From Candidatus Bathyarchaeota archaeon (lineage in GTDB: Archaea; Thermoproteota; Bathyarchaeia; Bathyarchaeales; Bathycorpusculaceae): 64,000 bases of DNA. A program made the translations under genes and the position numbers. Location: positions 384,001 through 448,000 of the forward strand of contig OY970280.1 in assembly GCA_963715865.1 (NCBI GenBank), read 5' to 3'. The stretch's first letter is position 1, and each line of letters starts with the position of its first letter. The notes below the pieces were generated by a model that searched no databases, was not told the origin of the DNA, and was given only the letters and a program-made list of their open reading frames with translations. Shown in pieces: positions 10,501 through 19,625 of the stretch.

Positions 10501-10562
10501 GTTTTTAGCCCTCGCTTCAATGAATCAGACTGTTCGCTCATCAAGTATTAAAGATTGGCTTT

Positions 10563-11156
10563 TCAATAATTAAAACGCTGGTTCTTCCATACATCGGCAT
10601 TGTCACTGTATCCGCGTCGTTCCCAGAAGCCTAACTCTTTGCCCCGAGTAAACCGCAAATGCACCACCCACAACGCACTTTTATACGCGTATTTGCTTGG
10701 AACTACAAGGCGCACTGGAAAACCGCACCCTTCTTCCAATGCTTCACCATTAAGTTTGTAAGCTAAAAGCACGTCATCGCCATAGAGTTCTTCTCGGAAA
10801 AGCGAAGTGGTATACGAGTCGGCGCATTCAAAAGTTACAGCCCTAGCAACATCTTTAGGTTTAACAAGCTTCTCGATGTCGCGGATGCGTACGCCTTCCC
10901 ATTTGCAATCCAGAACGCTCCAGCCCTCAACGCAATGAAAATCGCTAACTGAGACGGACTTGGGCAACTGCATAAAATCATCCCAGCTTAACTTAACTGG
11001 ATTTTCAACTTCACCATCAATTGTCAAGGTGTAGGTTTCGAGTTTCAGCTGTGGATTAGTTGAGGTTATGCCTGGATGGTCAATGCCCCACCGTAAAATG
11101 CGGTCTGTCGCTGTTTGGTTGGGCGGCAACTTCCTGTTCAACTTTTCAGAAGACAA
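10563..11156 (-). CDS. Molybdopterin-binding oxidoreductase (sulfite oxidase/MsrP-like Mo domain, no signal peptide)
   Basis: DFHCVEGWS, WEGV, GFPVRLVVP..Y.YKS..W, GFWERRGY. Confidence 0.88.
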   Translation of the reverse strand: MSSEKLNRKLPPNQTATDRILRWGIDHPGITSTNPQLKLETYTLTIDGEVENPVKLSWDDFMQLPKSVSVSDFHCVEGWSVLDCKWEGVRIRDIEKLVKPKDVARAVTFECADSYTTSLFREELYGDDVLLAYKLNGEALEEGCGFPVRLVVPSKYAYKSALWVVHLRFTRGKELGFWERRGYSDNADVWKNQRFNY

Positions 11157-11212
11157 ATTGGACGACCCTAGTTGAAAATGGCTTTACATGAAGAAAAAGT
11201 TTACTTTGATTG

Positions 11213-12325
11213 TTAGCTTGTTTGGAAAAAGCTTGTTAACTGCTTTTGCTGTGGTTCTTCCTTACTGAATCCTGAGACTTTAACGCCGACTCTTCGAACT
11301 TCAAGCTGGCTTTCGCTTAGGAATTTTTCGAAGAGTTCTTTTACGTTTTTCCTGATTGTTTCTGGGTCTTTTGCTGATTGCTCAAGCGTTATTGTTCTGC
11401 TTTTGCTGCTTAAATCAGTCATGACCATGTAAATTGCAACTTGCTTGAAGCCCAAGTTCTTCTCCGCTAGCTCCTTTGAAATGTCATCTGTTAACTCGTC
11501 TGTTTTCTGCAAAATAAATGCTAAATCACGCGAGTCCTGCTTTAAGGTGCCGATTCTGCTTATTGATTCGGCTTCGCCTTGCTCTTGAACGGGTTCATTA
11601 TCAACCGCGTTTGCAGCATTATGAAAATAAATACCAAGCGTTTTGCCGAATATCTCGATGAGTCTTTGCACATCATAATTTGCTAAGTCACTTATTGTTT
11701 TTATGCCTAAGGAATCCATTTTTGCTGAAGTCTTTTTTCCCACGCCTAAGAGGCGGTCAACAGGCAACGGAGAAAGAAAACTTTGTGCTTCTTCTGGCTT
11801 GACGATTGTTAAGCCCTCGGGTTTTTGGCTGTCACAGGCAATTTTAGCGACAAGCTTGTTCGGTCCAACGCCCACAGAGAAAGAAATGCCCACTTGGTTT
11901 TTGGCTTCAGTTTTTATTTTTTGAGCGTAAGTTTTAGCGGTTTCGAAGCTACCTTGAACGTTCGCTGTAACATCCAAATATGCTTCATCTACGCTTACCT
12001 GCTCGAAACTGCTTGCGTAGCCACGAAGAATCCGCATTATGCTATCGCTTATTTGCTCATAATATTCGTAATCAACTGGCAAGAAAACTGCGTCTGTGCC
12101 TTCTAGTTTCCGTTTAGCAAGAAACAGGGGCATGCCAGATTTAACGTCGTATCTGCGAGCAACGTAGTTGCTGGTGCTTACTGCTCCGCTTTCCTCTGTG
12201 CGCCCCGAATAAACGCCAATGACAACGGGCTTGTCTTTGAGCGTTGGGTTGCGTAGCTCCTCGCATTGCGCAAAGAAATAGTCAAAATCAACCAGCATGA
12301 CCACACGGTTCTGCAATCGATTCAC
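11213..12325 (-). CDS. dinB: DNA polymerase IV (Y family)
   Basis: VDFDYFFAQCE, SNYVAR, SVDEAYLD, NKLVAKIA, HhH GVGKKT, little-finger domain. Confidence 0.95.
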   Translation of the reverse strand: MNRLQNRVVMLVDFDYFFAQCEELRNPTLKDKPVVIGVYSGRTEESGAVSTSNYVARRYDVKSGMPLFLAKRKLEGTDAVFLPVDYEYYEQISDSIMRILRGYASSFEQVSVDEAYLDVTANVQGSFETAKTYAQKIKTEAKNQVGISFSVGVGPNKLVAKIACDSQKPEGLTIVKPEEAQSFLSPLPVDRLLGVGKKTSAKMDSLGIKTISDLANYDVQRLIEIFGKTLGIYFHNAANAVDNEPVQEQGEAESISRIGTLKQDSRDLAFILQKTDELTDDISKELAEKNLGFKQVAIYMVMTDLSSKSRTITLEQSAKDPETIRKNVKELFEKFLSESQLEVRRVGVKVSGFSKEEPQQKQLTSFFQTS

Positions 12326-13188
12326 TTTCCTCTATCCTTAGGCATAAGCCAAGACCCATCACACGGCGCCGTGTTTAACTCAGCTAAGCCTTCCCTGCAA
12401 ACACCAAACTTCATCCCGTTCGCCGCTGCCAAGTCACGAACGCTTTTAAGAAGTCTGAACCTGAGCTCTTTTGGCAGGAGCGTGTTGCCGCCGAGTTTTT
12501 CGCCCTGCTGAAAATAGAGCGGTTTCAATTTCTCAGCAACTTTAGGCATGGCTTGCGAGAGACGCATCCAATTGTCTGGTTTAGCCTTGTAAGTTGAGCA
12601 TGTTAAATGTTTAACGCCTAAACTTGCTAGAGCGGCGATGAGTTTTTGCGGCTGGTCGTTTACTAAGGGTATAATGGGGTCTATTCGCACAGAGACAGGT
12701 ATGCCTTTTTTGATTAAGTCTTGCGCCGCTCTTAAGCGCTGAGATGGCAAGGGCGCATGCGGTTCGATGAGTTTCGCTAAGTTATCATCGTCTGTTGTTA
12801 TGGTTAACGCTACGGTTGATGGAACCTTGCTTAGCAGGTCATCGTCTCTAACTACAATATTGCTTTTAGTTATGATTTGTATTTTGCAGTTACTTTCCGC
12901 AAGAATTTCAAGGCACCGCCTTGTCAAGCCAGTAGATGCTTCGGCACGCGGGTACGGGTCAGAAGAGTTGGCTACTGAAACTGTTTCGCCGTTGAGTTTT
13001 GCTGCTTCCCGCTTCAAAGCCGCAAGCAGGTCTTTTTTTGGTCTGCAATCGCTGAAGCTCGGAATGTAACTGGAAGCGTAACAGTAGACGCATTGGTGGT
13101 CGCATCCAGTGTAAGGGTTAAACGTAAGCTTCGGCGGACAAGTGCACAGGCCAGAACGCCATGGGTCAAAGCGTGAAATCAACGGCAC
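12322..13188 (-). CDS. Radical SAM protein, spore photoproduct lyase-like family
   Basis: NPYTGCDHQCVYCYA, SDPY and ITKS motifs; overlaps the dinB start by 4 nt. Confidence 0.85.
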   Translation of the reverse strand: MPLISRFDPWRSGLCTCPPKLTFNPYTGCDHQCVYCYASSYIPSFSDCRPKKDLLAALKREAAKLNGETVSVANSSDPYPRAEASTGLTRRCLEILAESNCKIQIITKSNIVVRDDDLLSKVPSTVALTITTDDDNLAKLIEPHAPLPSQRLRAAQDLIKKGIPVSVRIDPIIPLVNDQPQKLIAALASLGVKHLTCSTYKAKPDNWMRLSQAMPKVAEKLKPLYFQQGEKLGGNTLLPKELRFRLLKSVRDLAAANGMKFGVCREGLAELNTAPCDGSWLMPKDRGK

Positions 13189-13424
13189 CTAACTTCACTT
13201 ACCAGTACTATTCAGTGAGGTAAACAAAAACCATTCGCAGGAAAATTTACCGTTCTTCAAAAAACATAGCTTGAAGTTACTTTCTAATTTTTATATCGTG
13301 ATCTTTCATTTTAATCTAATCGAGAGCGAAGTTCTCATGGCTCATCGCTGGCAACATCCACTCAGATACAAAATGTAACTGTGCTGGGAAAGCATTAAAT
13401 CTCTTCGTTTTCCACTATAAAAGC

Positions 13425-14834
13425 ATGAAAACTTTTCTTAGCTTCCTAAAAGAGGAAAACATGAGCTTATTCACCGATTTTTATGAGTTAACTATGTGCG
13501 CAAGCTACTTTGACAACAAAAACTTTGAGCCTGCCACCTTTGACTTGTTCATTAGGCGGCTGCCTGAAAACCGCTCCTACTTCTTATTCGCAGGGTTAGA
13601 ACAAGCCCTGCAGTACTTGCAAAGCATCAAATTCACAGAAGAACATCTGGCTTACCTTAAAAACCAGGGGTTTAGCCAAGATTTCCTTGATTATTTGCGC
13701 GGTTTTAGGTTTACGGGTGATGTTTGTGCTGTTCCAGAGGGCACAGTGACTTTTCCAAATGAACCCTTAATCCGCGTTACAGCGCCGATTATTGAGGCTC
13801 AGCTCGTTGAGACTTTCCTGCTAAACACTGTCAACTTGCAAACCATGATAGCCACCAAAGCCTCACGTGTAGTGCACGCAGCCAAGGGAAAAACTGTAAT
13901 TGAGTTCGGCTTAAGAAGAGAACAGGGCATTGATGCTGGAATGAAAGTGGCACGGAGCAGTTACATAGCTGGATGCCAAGGTACCAGTAACGTTTTAGCA
14001 GGGCAAGTCTATGGCATTCCAGTTTTCGGTACCATGGCTCATTCGTTTATCATGTCTTACCCGAAAGAGATTGATGCGTTCCGCGCTTTCTCCAAAACTT
14101 TCCCAAACAAGTCCACCCTTCTCATTGACACTTACGATGACCTTTCAGGTGCGGAAAAAGCTGCAGTTGTAGCCAAAGAGCTTGAGGCTAAGGGCTTTAG
14201 GCTTGGAGGCGTCCGCTTGGACAGCGGCGATTTGGCGCAAACAAGCAAAAAAGTCCGAAAAATCCTTGATGACCAAGGCTTGGCTTATGCAAAGATTTTT
14301 GCCAGTGGCGACTTGGATGAATTCAAAATCGCAGAACTGCTCAGTAACGGCGCACAAATTGACTCCTTTGGCGTAGGGACAAAAATGGGCACTTCAGCGG
14401 ATAGACCTTATTTGGACGTGATTTACAAACTCTGCGAAACAATGACCACTGATGGCGCTTTTTCGCCTATAATGAAGTTAAGCAAAGACAAAATCACTTT
14501 GCCCGGTCGAAAACAAGTTTACCGCTTCAAAAACGCCGAGGGAAACTTCGAAAAAGACGTCATCGCTTTGGCTAATGAAAAAGTGCAGGGTGAACCGTTG
14601 CTTGTTAAAGTCATGGACAAGGGCAAATTAATTTATAACCTACCATCGCTTGATGAAATTCGAGCCGCTGCTGCCGAGAACCTATCTAAACTTCCAGAGG
14701 ACTATAAGGTATTAACTGGTGCGCCTGTTTATCCGGTTGAGTTAAGCAGAAACTTGCAGAACCTGATTAAAACCTTAAAGCGACAATTAACCATAAATGA
14801 GATTAACCATGGAGTTTCTAACTCGCAAGCTTAA
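13425..14834 (+). CDS. pncB: Nicotinate phosphoribosyltransferase
   Basis: TDFYELTM, EFGLRR, GTMAHS, LIDTYD, VRLDSGD, FGVGT. Confidence 0.95.
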   Translation: MKTFLSFLKEENMSLFTDFYELTMCASYFDNKNFEPATFDLFIRRLPENRSYFLFAGLEQALQYLQSIKFTEEHLAYLKNQGFSQDFLDYLRGFRFTGDVCAVPEGTVTFPNEPLIRVTAPIIEAQLVETFLLNTVNLQTMIATKASRVVHAAKGKTVIEFGLRREQGIDAGMKVARSSYIAGCQGTSNVLAGQVYGIPVFGTMAHSFIMSYPKEIDAFRAFSKTFPNKSTLLIDTYDDLSGAEKAAVVAKELEAKGFRLGGVRLDSGDLAQTSKKVRKILDDQGLAYAKIFASGDLDEFKIAELLSNGAQIDSFGVGTKMGTSADRPYLDVIYKLCETMTTDGAFSPIMKLSKDKITLPGRKQVYRFKNAEGNFEKDVIALANEKVQGEPLLVKVMDKGKLIYNLPSLDEIRAAAAENLSKLPEDYKVLTGAPVYPVELSRNLQNLIKTLKRQLTINEINHGVSNSQA

Positions 14835-14925
14835 CGTTTCTTCTATTTTCATGCGAAATATGGCAAACACTTAATAGTCTTTCCAGAAAAGGATAAATGC
14901 TATCAAAAAAAGGGGAGAGCACATC

Positions 14926-16137
14926 TTGCAAGACCGTCCAGCTATAGTTGCTGTTGGTAGAACCAAGTTCGGAGAGCATTACGGCAAAGAGCCAGAAAAA
15001 CTAATTGAGGAAGCTTGGCTTGCCGCTTCAAACGAATGTAACATAGAACGCAAAGACCTAGAAGCCTGTTACATGTCAGATTGCTTTCTCCCAATTACAA
15101 ATAAACTAGGCTTAGAAGAAGGCTTCCTTTCAGAACTCACGGAACTTCACGTGCCTATGGAAGTAACTCGCTCTTTCAGCGCTGCATTGTTAACCGCTTG
15201 TCATGCAATTCAGGCCGGAGTCTACAACACAGTTCTAGTGGGCGGTATAGAAAAAATGACTGACCGCTGGGACAAAATACGCGACGACCTCATGCTTCTA
15301 GAAGACCCATGGAGCTACTATGCGGGTGGCACTCCGGAGTCAAATCATGAGCTTATGCTGAGAGCTTACATAAAAAAGCACAATATAACCGGCGAAAACC
15401 TTGACAAACTCTACATCGCTCTTGCTCAGGTGTCAGTTAAAAATCATGCGAATGCAACCAAAAACAAGTATGCTCAGTTCCAAAGAAAAATCACTGTTGA
15501 CCAAGTCCTAAACGCTAGGAAAGCAGCGCATAAACCCTTGGGGCTCTTCGATTTCGCGCCAATTTCTGACGGCGCATCAGCTTTGATTCTTACAAGCGAG
15601 GCAGTTGCCAAAAAGTTAAGTGACAATCCAGTTTACGTTTTGAGTTGCACTTCAGCCACTGATTACCTGAATTATCCCGCAAGAGAAGACCTATCCCATT
15701 TTGTTGCAGCTGAACTTGCCATGAAGAATGCTTCTCAAATGGCTAAAATAGCTTTGTCTGACATGAAGGTTATCGAAGTAAATGACCAGTCAACCATGAT
15801 GGAGCTTGTTTCCCTTGAAGATTTAGGCTTCTGCGAACCGGGAACAGCTTGGAAAAGCATATATGAAAGTTGCCAAAACAACCAAAACTGGTACGAAATA
15901 AACGGCAGGCAACTTTTCGTTAACACTGATGGCGGATTAAAAGCAGATGGAAACCCGTTAGGCGCCACTGGTGGAGCGCAAATTTTCGAGATTTACCGCC
16001 AGTTAAGAGGTGAGGCTGGCGAACGTCAGGTTAACATTGGTAAAGGTTCACCGAAGAATGGTTGTGTGTTAGAATTTGAGGGCTTTGGAACTAAAGCTTA
16101 CGTTAGCATTCTAGGAGCGAAGAAGGATGAGCAGTGA
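14926..16137 (+). CDS. Archaeal thiolase-fold protein lacking catalytic residues (probable pseudoenzyme)
   Basis: The fold is clear (GRTKFGE, GGIEKM, KNH.NA, PISDGA, GGLKA.G, RQLRGEAGERQV), but the ACAS Cys segment is absent, HDC is NDQ and GH is GN. Confidence 0.85.
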   Translation: MQDRPAIVAVGRTKFGEHYGKEPEKLIEEAWLAASNECNIERKDLEACYMSDCFLPITNKLGLEEGFLSELTELHVPMEVTRSFSAALLTACHAIQAGVYNTVLVGGIEKMTDRWDKIRDDLMLLEDPWSYYAGGTPESNHELMLRAYIKKHNITGENLDKLYIALAQVSVKNHANATKNKYAQFQRKITVDQVLNARKAAHKPLGLFDFAPISDGASALILTSEAVAKKLSDNPVYVLSCTSATDYLNYPAREDLSHFVAAELAMKNASQMAKIALSDMKVIEVNDQSTMMELVSLEDLGFCEPGTAWKSIYESCQNNQNWYEINGRQLFVNTDGGLKADGNPLGATGGAQIFEIYRQLRGEAGERQVNIGKGSPKNGCVLEFEGFGTKAYVSILGAKKDEQ

Positions 16138-17635
16138 ACCGATAGAGCGAAGGGTTTCTTATTTAGGCGACAGGTTAAAAGCAAGTCGCTGTCAAAGTTG
16201 CGGCAAAGAATATTTTGAAATGAGAGATTACTGTAGCAACTGTGGCAGAAAAAGCTACGGAAAAATGGATAGCATAGACCTGTTTTATGATAAAGGAAAA
16301 CTTGAATTATGCACTTTCATCAATGAACCCACAAACAAGTTCACGAAACTCTCAAGCTTCGTTTATGGAATTGTTTCTTTTCATGACGGTAAAATCCGCC
16401 TTCCCGGAAGGCTAACTGACCAGCTGATAAATGATGGTGACGATGTTGATTTTTCAAGTCTTGAGGGAAGAGAAGTGATTCCCCGTTTTAGAAGACGCTA
16501 TTCAGTAGGTAAAAGCGACTTGATTCCAACAATCTCTTTGGCTTTCACTTTAGCCGACGAGTACTATCCGCATCAGGAGTACAGTGTAGTTGCGCCAAAC
16601 AAAGAATATGATATCCCTGGCGTTGTAGGTTATGGCGTTTACACTTCCAGGTTTCGAATAAAAGAAGTCGGCCTCGAACGCGCTGTGCCCTTTATCGACG
16701 AAGATGCAGTAACAGCTGCAGTAGAGGCTGGAAAACTAGCGCTGATTCATTCAGGCGTCGACAGCAGATTAGTTGGGAAAGTTTACGTTGGCTCAGAATC
16801 TAACCCGTATGCGGTTAAGCCTATCGCGTCAAAAGTAGCTCAGGTTCTCAAGCTTGGCGAAGAAGACGGTGATATTCAAGGCGTTGACGCAGTAGACACA
16901 GAGTTTGCTTGTAAAGCTGCTTCAAGCATGTTTAAAGACGCGGCTTCCCTTGTCAGCTACTCACGGTCAGGCATAAAGTACGCTATGGTTATCGGTGCAG
17001 ATAACGCTCAAGCAGCACCAAGAGGCTGTCCTGGCGGTGAACTGGACACGTTTGTCGGGTATGGCGGCGCCGCGTTCATTTTCGGAAAACATGACGTTAT
17101 CGCTGAAGTTGAAGGATGGTACTCATGCACTTCTGATACACCCGATTTTTGGCGCAGAGACGGTGAACCTTTCCCGATGCATGGTGGACGATTCACTGGT
17201 GACCCAGCTTATTTCAAGCATGTTCGCAAGGCAGCTAGTAAACTTATGGAACGCTTAAACCTGAAAGCAAGTGACTTGAACTATTTTGTGGCGCATCAGC
17301 CTAACCCCCAGTTCCCAGTTAGAATCGCAAAGGAGCTTGGATTTAGAGATGAGCAGTATTTGCCTTCGCTTCAAATCAACAAGTTCGGCAACACTTATTC
17401 TGGTAGCTCGCCTGTGGGTTTAGCCGCAGTGTTAGACATCGCAAAGCCTGAAGAGCGTATCTTAGTTACAAGTTACGGTTCAGGCGCGGGAAGCGACGCG
17501 TACCTGCTGAGGACGACGAGTCAACTTTTGGATAAGCGCAGTCGGCAGAAAATGAACGTAAAGTTCCAGGCAGAAAACCCGTTTTTAGAGTACGTGGATT
17601 ATACAACTTATCGTCGGCTTAAACTTGGCATGTAA
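16127..17635 (+). CDS. DUF35 (Zn-ribbon/OB) fused to hydroxymethylglutaryl-CoA synthase
   Basis: N-terminal CxxC..CxxC + OB fold, then HMGS motifs DEDAVT, GSES.PYAVKP, EFACKA, HQPN, GNTYSGS, SYGSGAGSDA. Confidence 0.92.
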   Translation: MSSEPIERRVSYLGDRLKASRCQSCGKEYFEMRDYCSNCGRKSYGKMDSIDLFYDKGKLELCTFINEPTNKFTKLSSFVYGIVSFHDGKIRLPGRLTDQLINDGDDVDFSSLEGREVIPRFRRRYSVGKSDLIPTISLAFTLADEYYPHQEYSVVAPNKEYDIPGVVGYGVYTSRFRIKEVGLERAVPFIDEDAVTAAVEAGKLALIHSGVDSRLVGKVYVGSESNPYAVKPIASKVAQVLKLGEEDGDIQGVDAVDTEFACKAASSMFKDAASLVSYSRSGIKYAMVIGADNAQAAPRGCPGGELDTFVGYGGAAFIFGKHDVIAEVEGWYSCTSDTPDFWRRDGEPFPMHGGRFTGDPAYFKHVRKAASKLMERLNLKASDLNYFVAHQPNPQFPVRIAKELGFRDEQYLPSLQINKFGNTYSGSSPVGLAAVLDIAKPEERILVTSYGSGAGSDAYLLRTTSQLLDKRSRQKMNVKFQAENPFLEYVDYTTYRRLKLGM

Positions 17636-17740
17636 CAAAGGTTCTGCAAATCCAAGGTTGCAATGGGTTTAAGCTAGCAAATGTTTTATCTCCCTCCAGC
17701 TCTGATTCCTAAACAAGAAAAGGAGGGCTAAATCGCTGAC

Positions 17741-19564
17741 TTGAAAAAGACTTTGATAATACTGCTAATTGTTTTGCTCTGTTCCCCCTTTTACCTTAAT
17801 CTTCAAGTAGTTCACGCGGATGAGCCAGCCACTTTAGCTGATGCCATAAACAACGTTTTAAGCAACATTCAAACAACCGATTCGCCTTGGGAAGTGATTT
17901 ATGGTCAAGTTTTCGGGTTACAAAACCAAACAGCCTTTGACGATGCGATATTGCAGGCTTTAAACCAATCAGACTATCAAGACGTTATATTTATTGCTAG
18001 ACTTGCTGAACTAAACAATTATTCCTCATCTGTCATAAACGATAGTGTTCGTGCAGCGTTACAAAATATGCCTATGTGCGGTAGCTTACCAATAACTTAC
18101 TATAATAATGGCGACAGCGATTGCGCAAGCAGTTTTTTAGTGTATGATAGGTACATGGTTAACGCTTACAGGTATGCTCAGGAACTCGGTATTTCAGGAT
18201 GGAATTTAACACAAGCCTTCATAGATTTTGCGAACGCTTACTTGAAACCTCCAGAAAACAGTCAATATGGAGAAATGTTGTGGATTAATCCGCTGGAAAA
18301 TTTCTCTGAATCCTTTAGCAGCCGATATTATGATGAACATGCTGAGACTTTAGATATGTTTTTAGAGTTTGCTCTTGCTGGAGTAAATGAAACTGTTTCG
18401 TATAATGGGTTAACACTAAACGCTACAGATTTTGCAGATGATTCTTTGATAAATACTCAGAGTCATTGGAGTGGTTCTATTTATGGTTATGATTCCGCTA
18501 GTGGAGAGGTTGAATGTGAAATGGGAAATTTCGCTCAAGTAATAGCAGAATACCAAAATTTTAGGGGCAACCTAACTTATTTCGACAGAGTAATTCAAGA
18601 CTTAGAATATAAACTATTAGCAGAAAACTTTAGTTCTCCAGCTTGGGGAACTGTAGGCGTTCTTAAACACGCAGATGGCAATCCACAGTTACGTTTAGGC
18701 GAAACAATGGGAGCTTTAATTGCTTTGCAAATGCTGTATCCGTATTTTTCACCAGATATGCAGGATAATTTTGCAAGTATGTTACAGAACGGTGCTTGGC
18801 AGGGATTATTAACAAGTAGTCTATATGGTAATGGGCAGTTCAAATTCTTAAGTACGGATACTGGATACGGTAGTGATGCTTCATCACTTGGAGCTATGAT
18901 GTTGTTCTTAGACGGTATAGTTCCAAACACAGGCTACTTAGCTATGAACGCAAGCAACGAACGTTATCAAGATTACCGAACTTGTTTTCCCACTTCGCAA
19001 TGGAGTTTCAATTATCAAAACCAAACAATCTGTATTCCTGTGATAGCTGGAAACTTATCGTTTTTATTCGGTTCCGAGGAGGTCTCACAAAATTTTCCTT
19101 CAAACGGAGTTTACAACATCCAATTTGCTGACGACTGGAACAGCATTATTTCAATAACTAAGGTTGCAGACATAAGCACAACAACATTGCAACCTGTCAC
19201 GTTGCAAGCTATACCGCGATCGACCTCAAGCTCTACGCCAACTCCACAGCTTACGTTACCACTAGCCCTCACTCTAACCCCGACTCCAACACCTACGCCT
19301 ACACCATCACCGACTCCACAACCAACCCCAACATCGGCACCCGCACCTACGCCAGCACCAACCTCAACTCCAACCCAGCAAGATACGCCTACTCAAAAAC
19401 CCTCAGAACCCCCAATGCAAGCATATGTCATAGTATTCATCATGTTTGCCGCATTCGGGAGCGCTACAGCATTATACTACGTTAAGAGAAAAAATCGCCA
19501 AGTTGGCACCTTAGGTAACAAGAACCTTAGAACCTTCATATGTAGAAATAAAAAAAGGCTTTGA
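17741..19564 (+). CDS. Secreted, C-terminally membrane-anchored cell-surface protein with a Pro/Thr linker
   Basis: Signal peptide, many N-x-S/T sequons, PT-rich linker, TM helix and basic tail. Confidence 0.75.
   Translation: MKKTLIILLIVLLCSPFYLNLQVVHADEPATLADAINNVLSNIQTTDSPWEVIYGQVFGLQNQTAFDDAILQALNQSDYQDVIFIARLAELNNYSSSVINDSVRAALQNMPMCGSLPITYYNNGDSDCASSFLVYDRYMVNAYRYAQELGISGWNLTQAFIDFANAYLKPPENSQYGEMLWINPLENFSESFSSRYYDEHAETLDMFLEFALAGVNETVSYNGLTLNATDFADDSLINTQSHWSGSIYGYDSASGEVECEMGNFAQVIAEYQNFRGNLTYFDRVIQDLEYKLLAENFSSPAWGTVGVLKHADGNPQLRLGETMGALIALQMLYPYFSPDMQDNFASMLQNGAWQGLLTSSLYGNGQFKFLSTDTGYGSDASSLGAMMLFLDGIVPNTGYLAMNASNERYQDYRTCFPTSQWSFNYQNQTICIPVIAGNLSFLFGSEEVSQNFPSNGVYNIQFADDWNSIISITKVADISTTTLQPVTLQAIPRSTSSSTPTPQLTLPLALTLTPTPTPTPTPSPTPQPTPTSAPAPTPAPTSTPTQQDTPTQKPSEPPMQAYVIVFIMFAAFGSATALYYVKRKNRQVGTLGNKNLRTFICRNKKRL
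19225..19410 (+). repeat. Low-complexity (Pro-Thr)n coding linker
   Basis: Encodes TPTPTPTPTPSPTPQPTPTSAPAPTPAPTSTPT. Confidence 0.85.
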
Positions 19565-19625
19565 CAGAACCGTAACAAATACTTAATTAATCCGTGTGAA
19601 TTCTCAATAGCGAGGTGCCAAAAGA

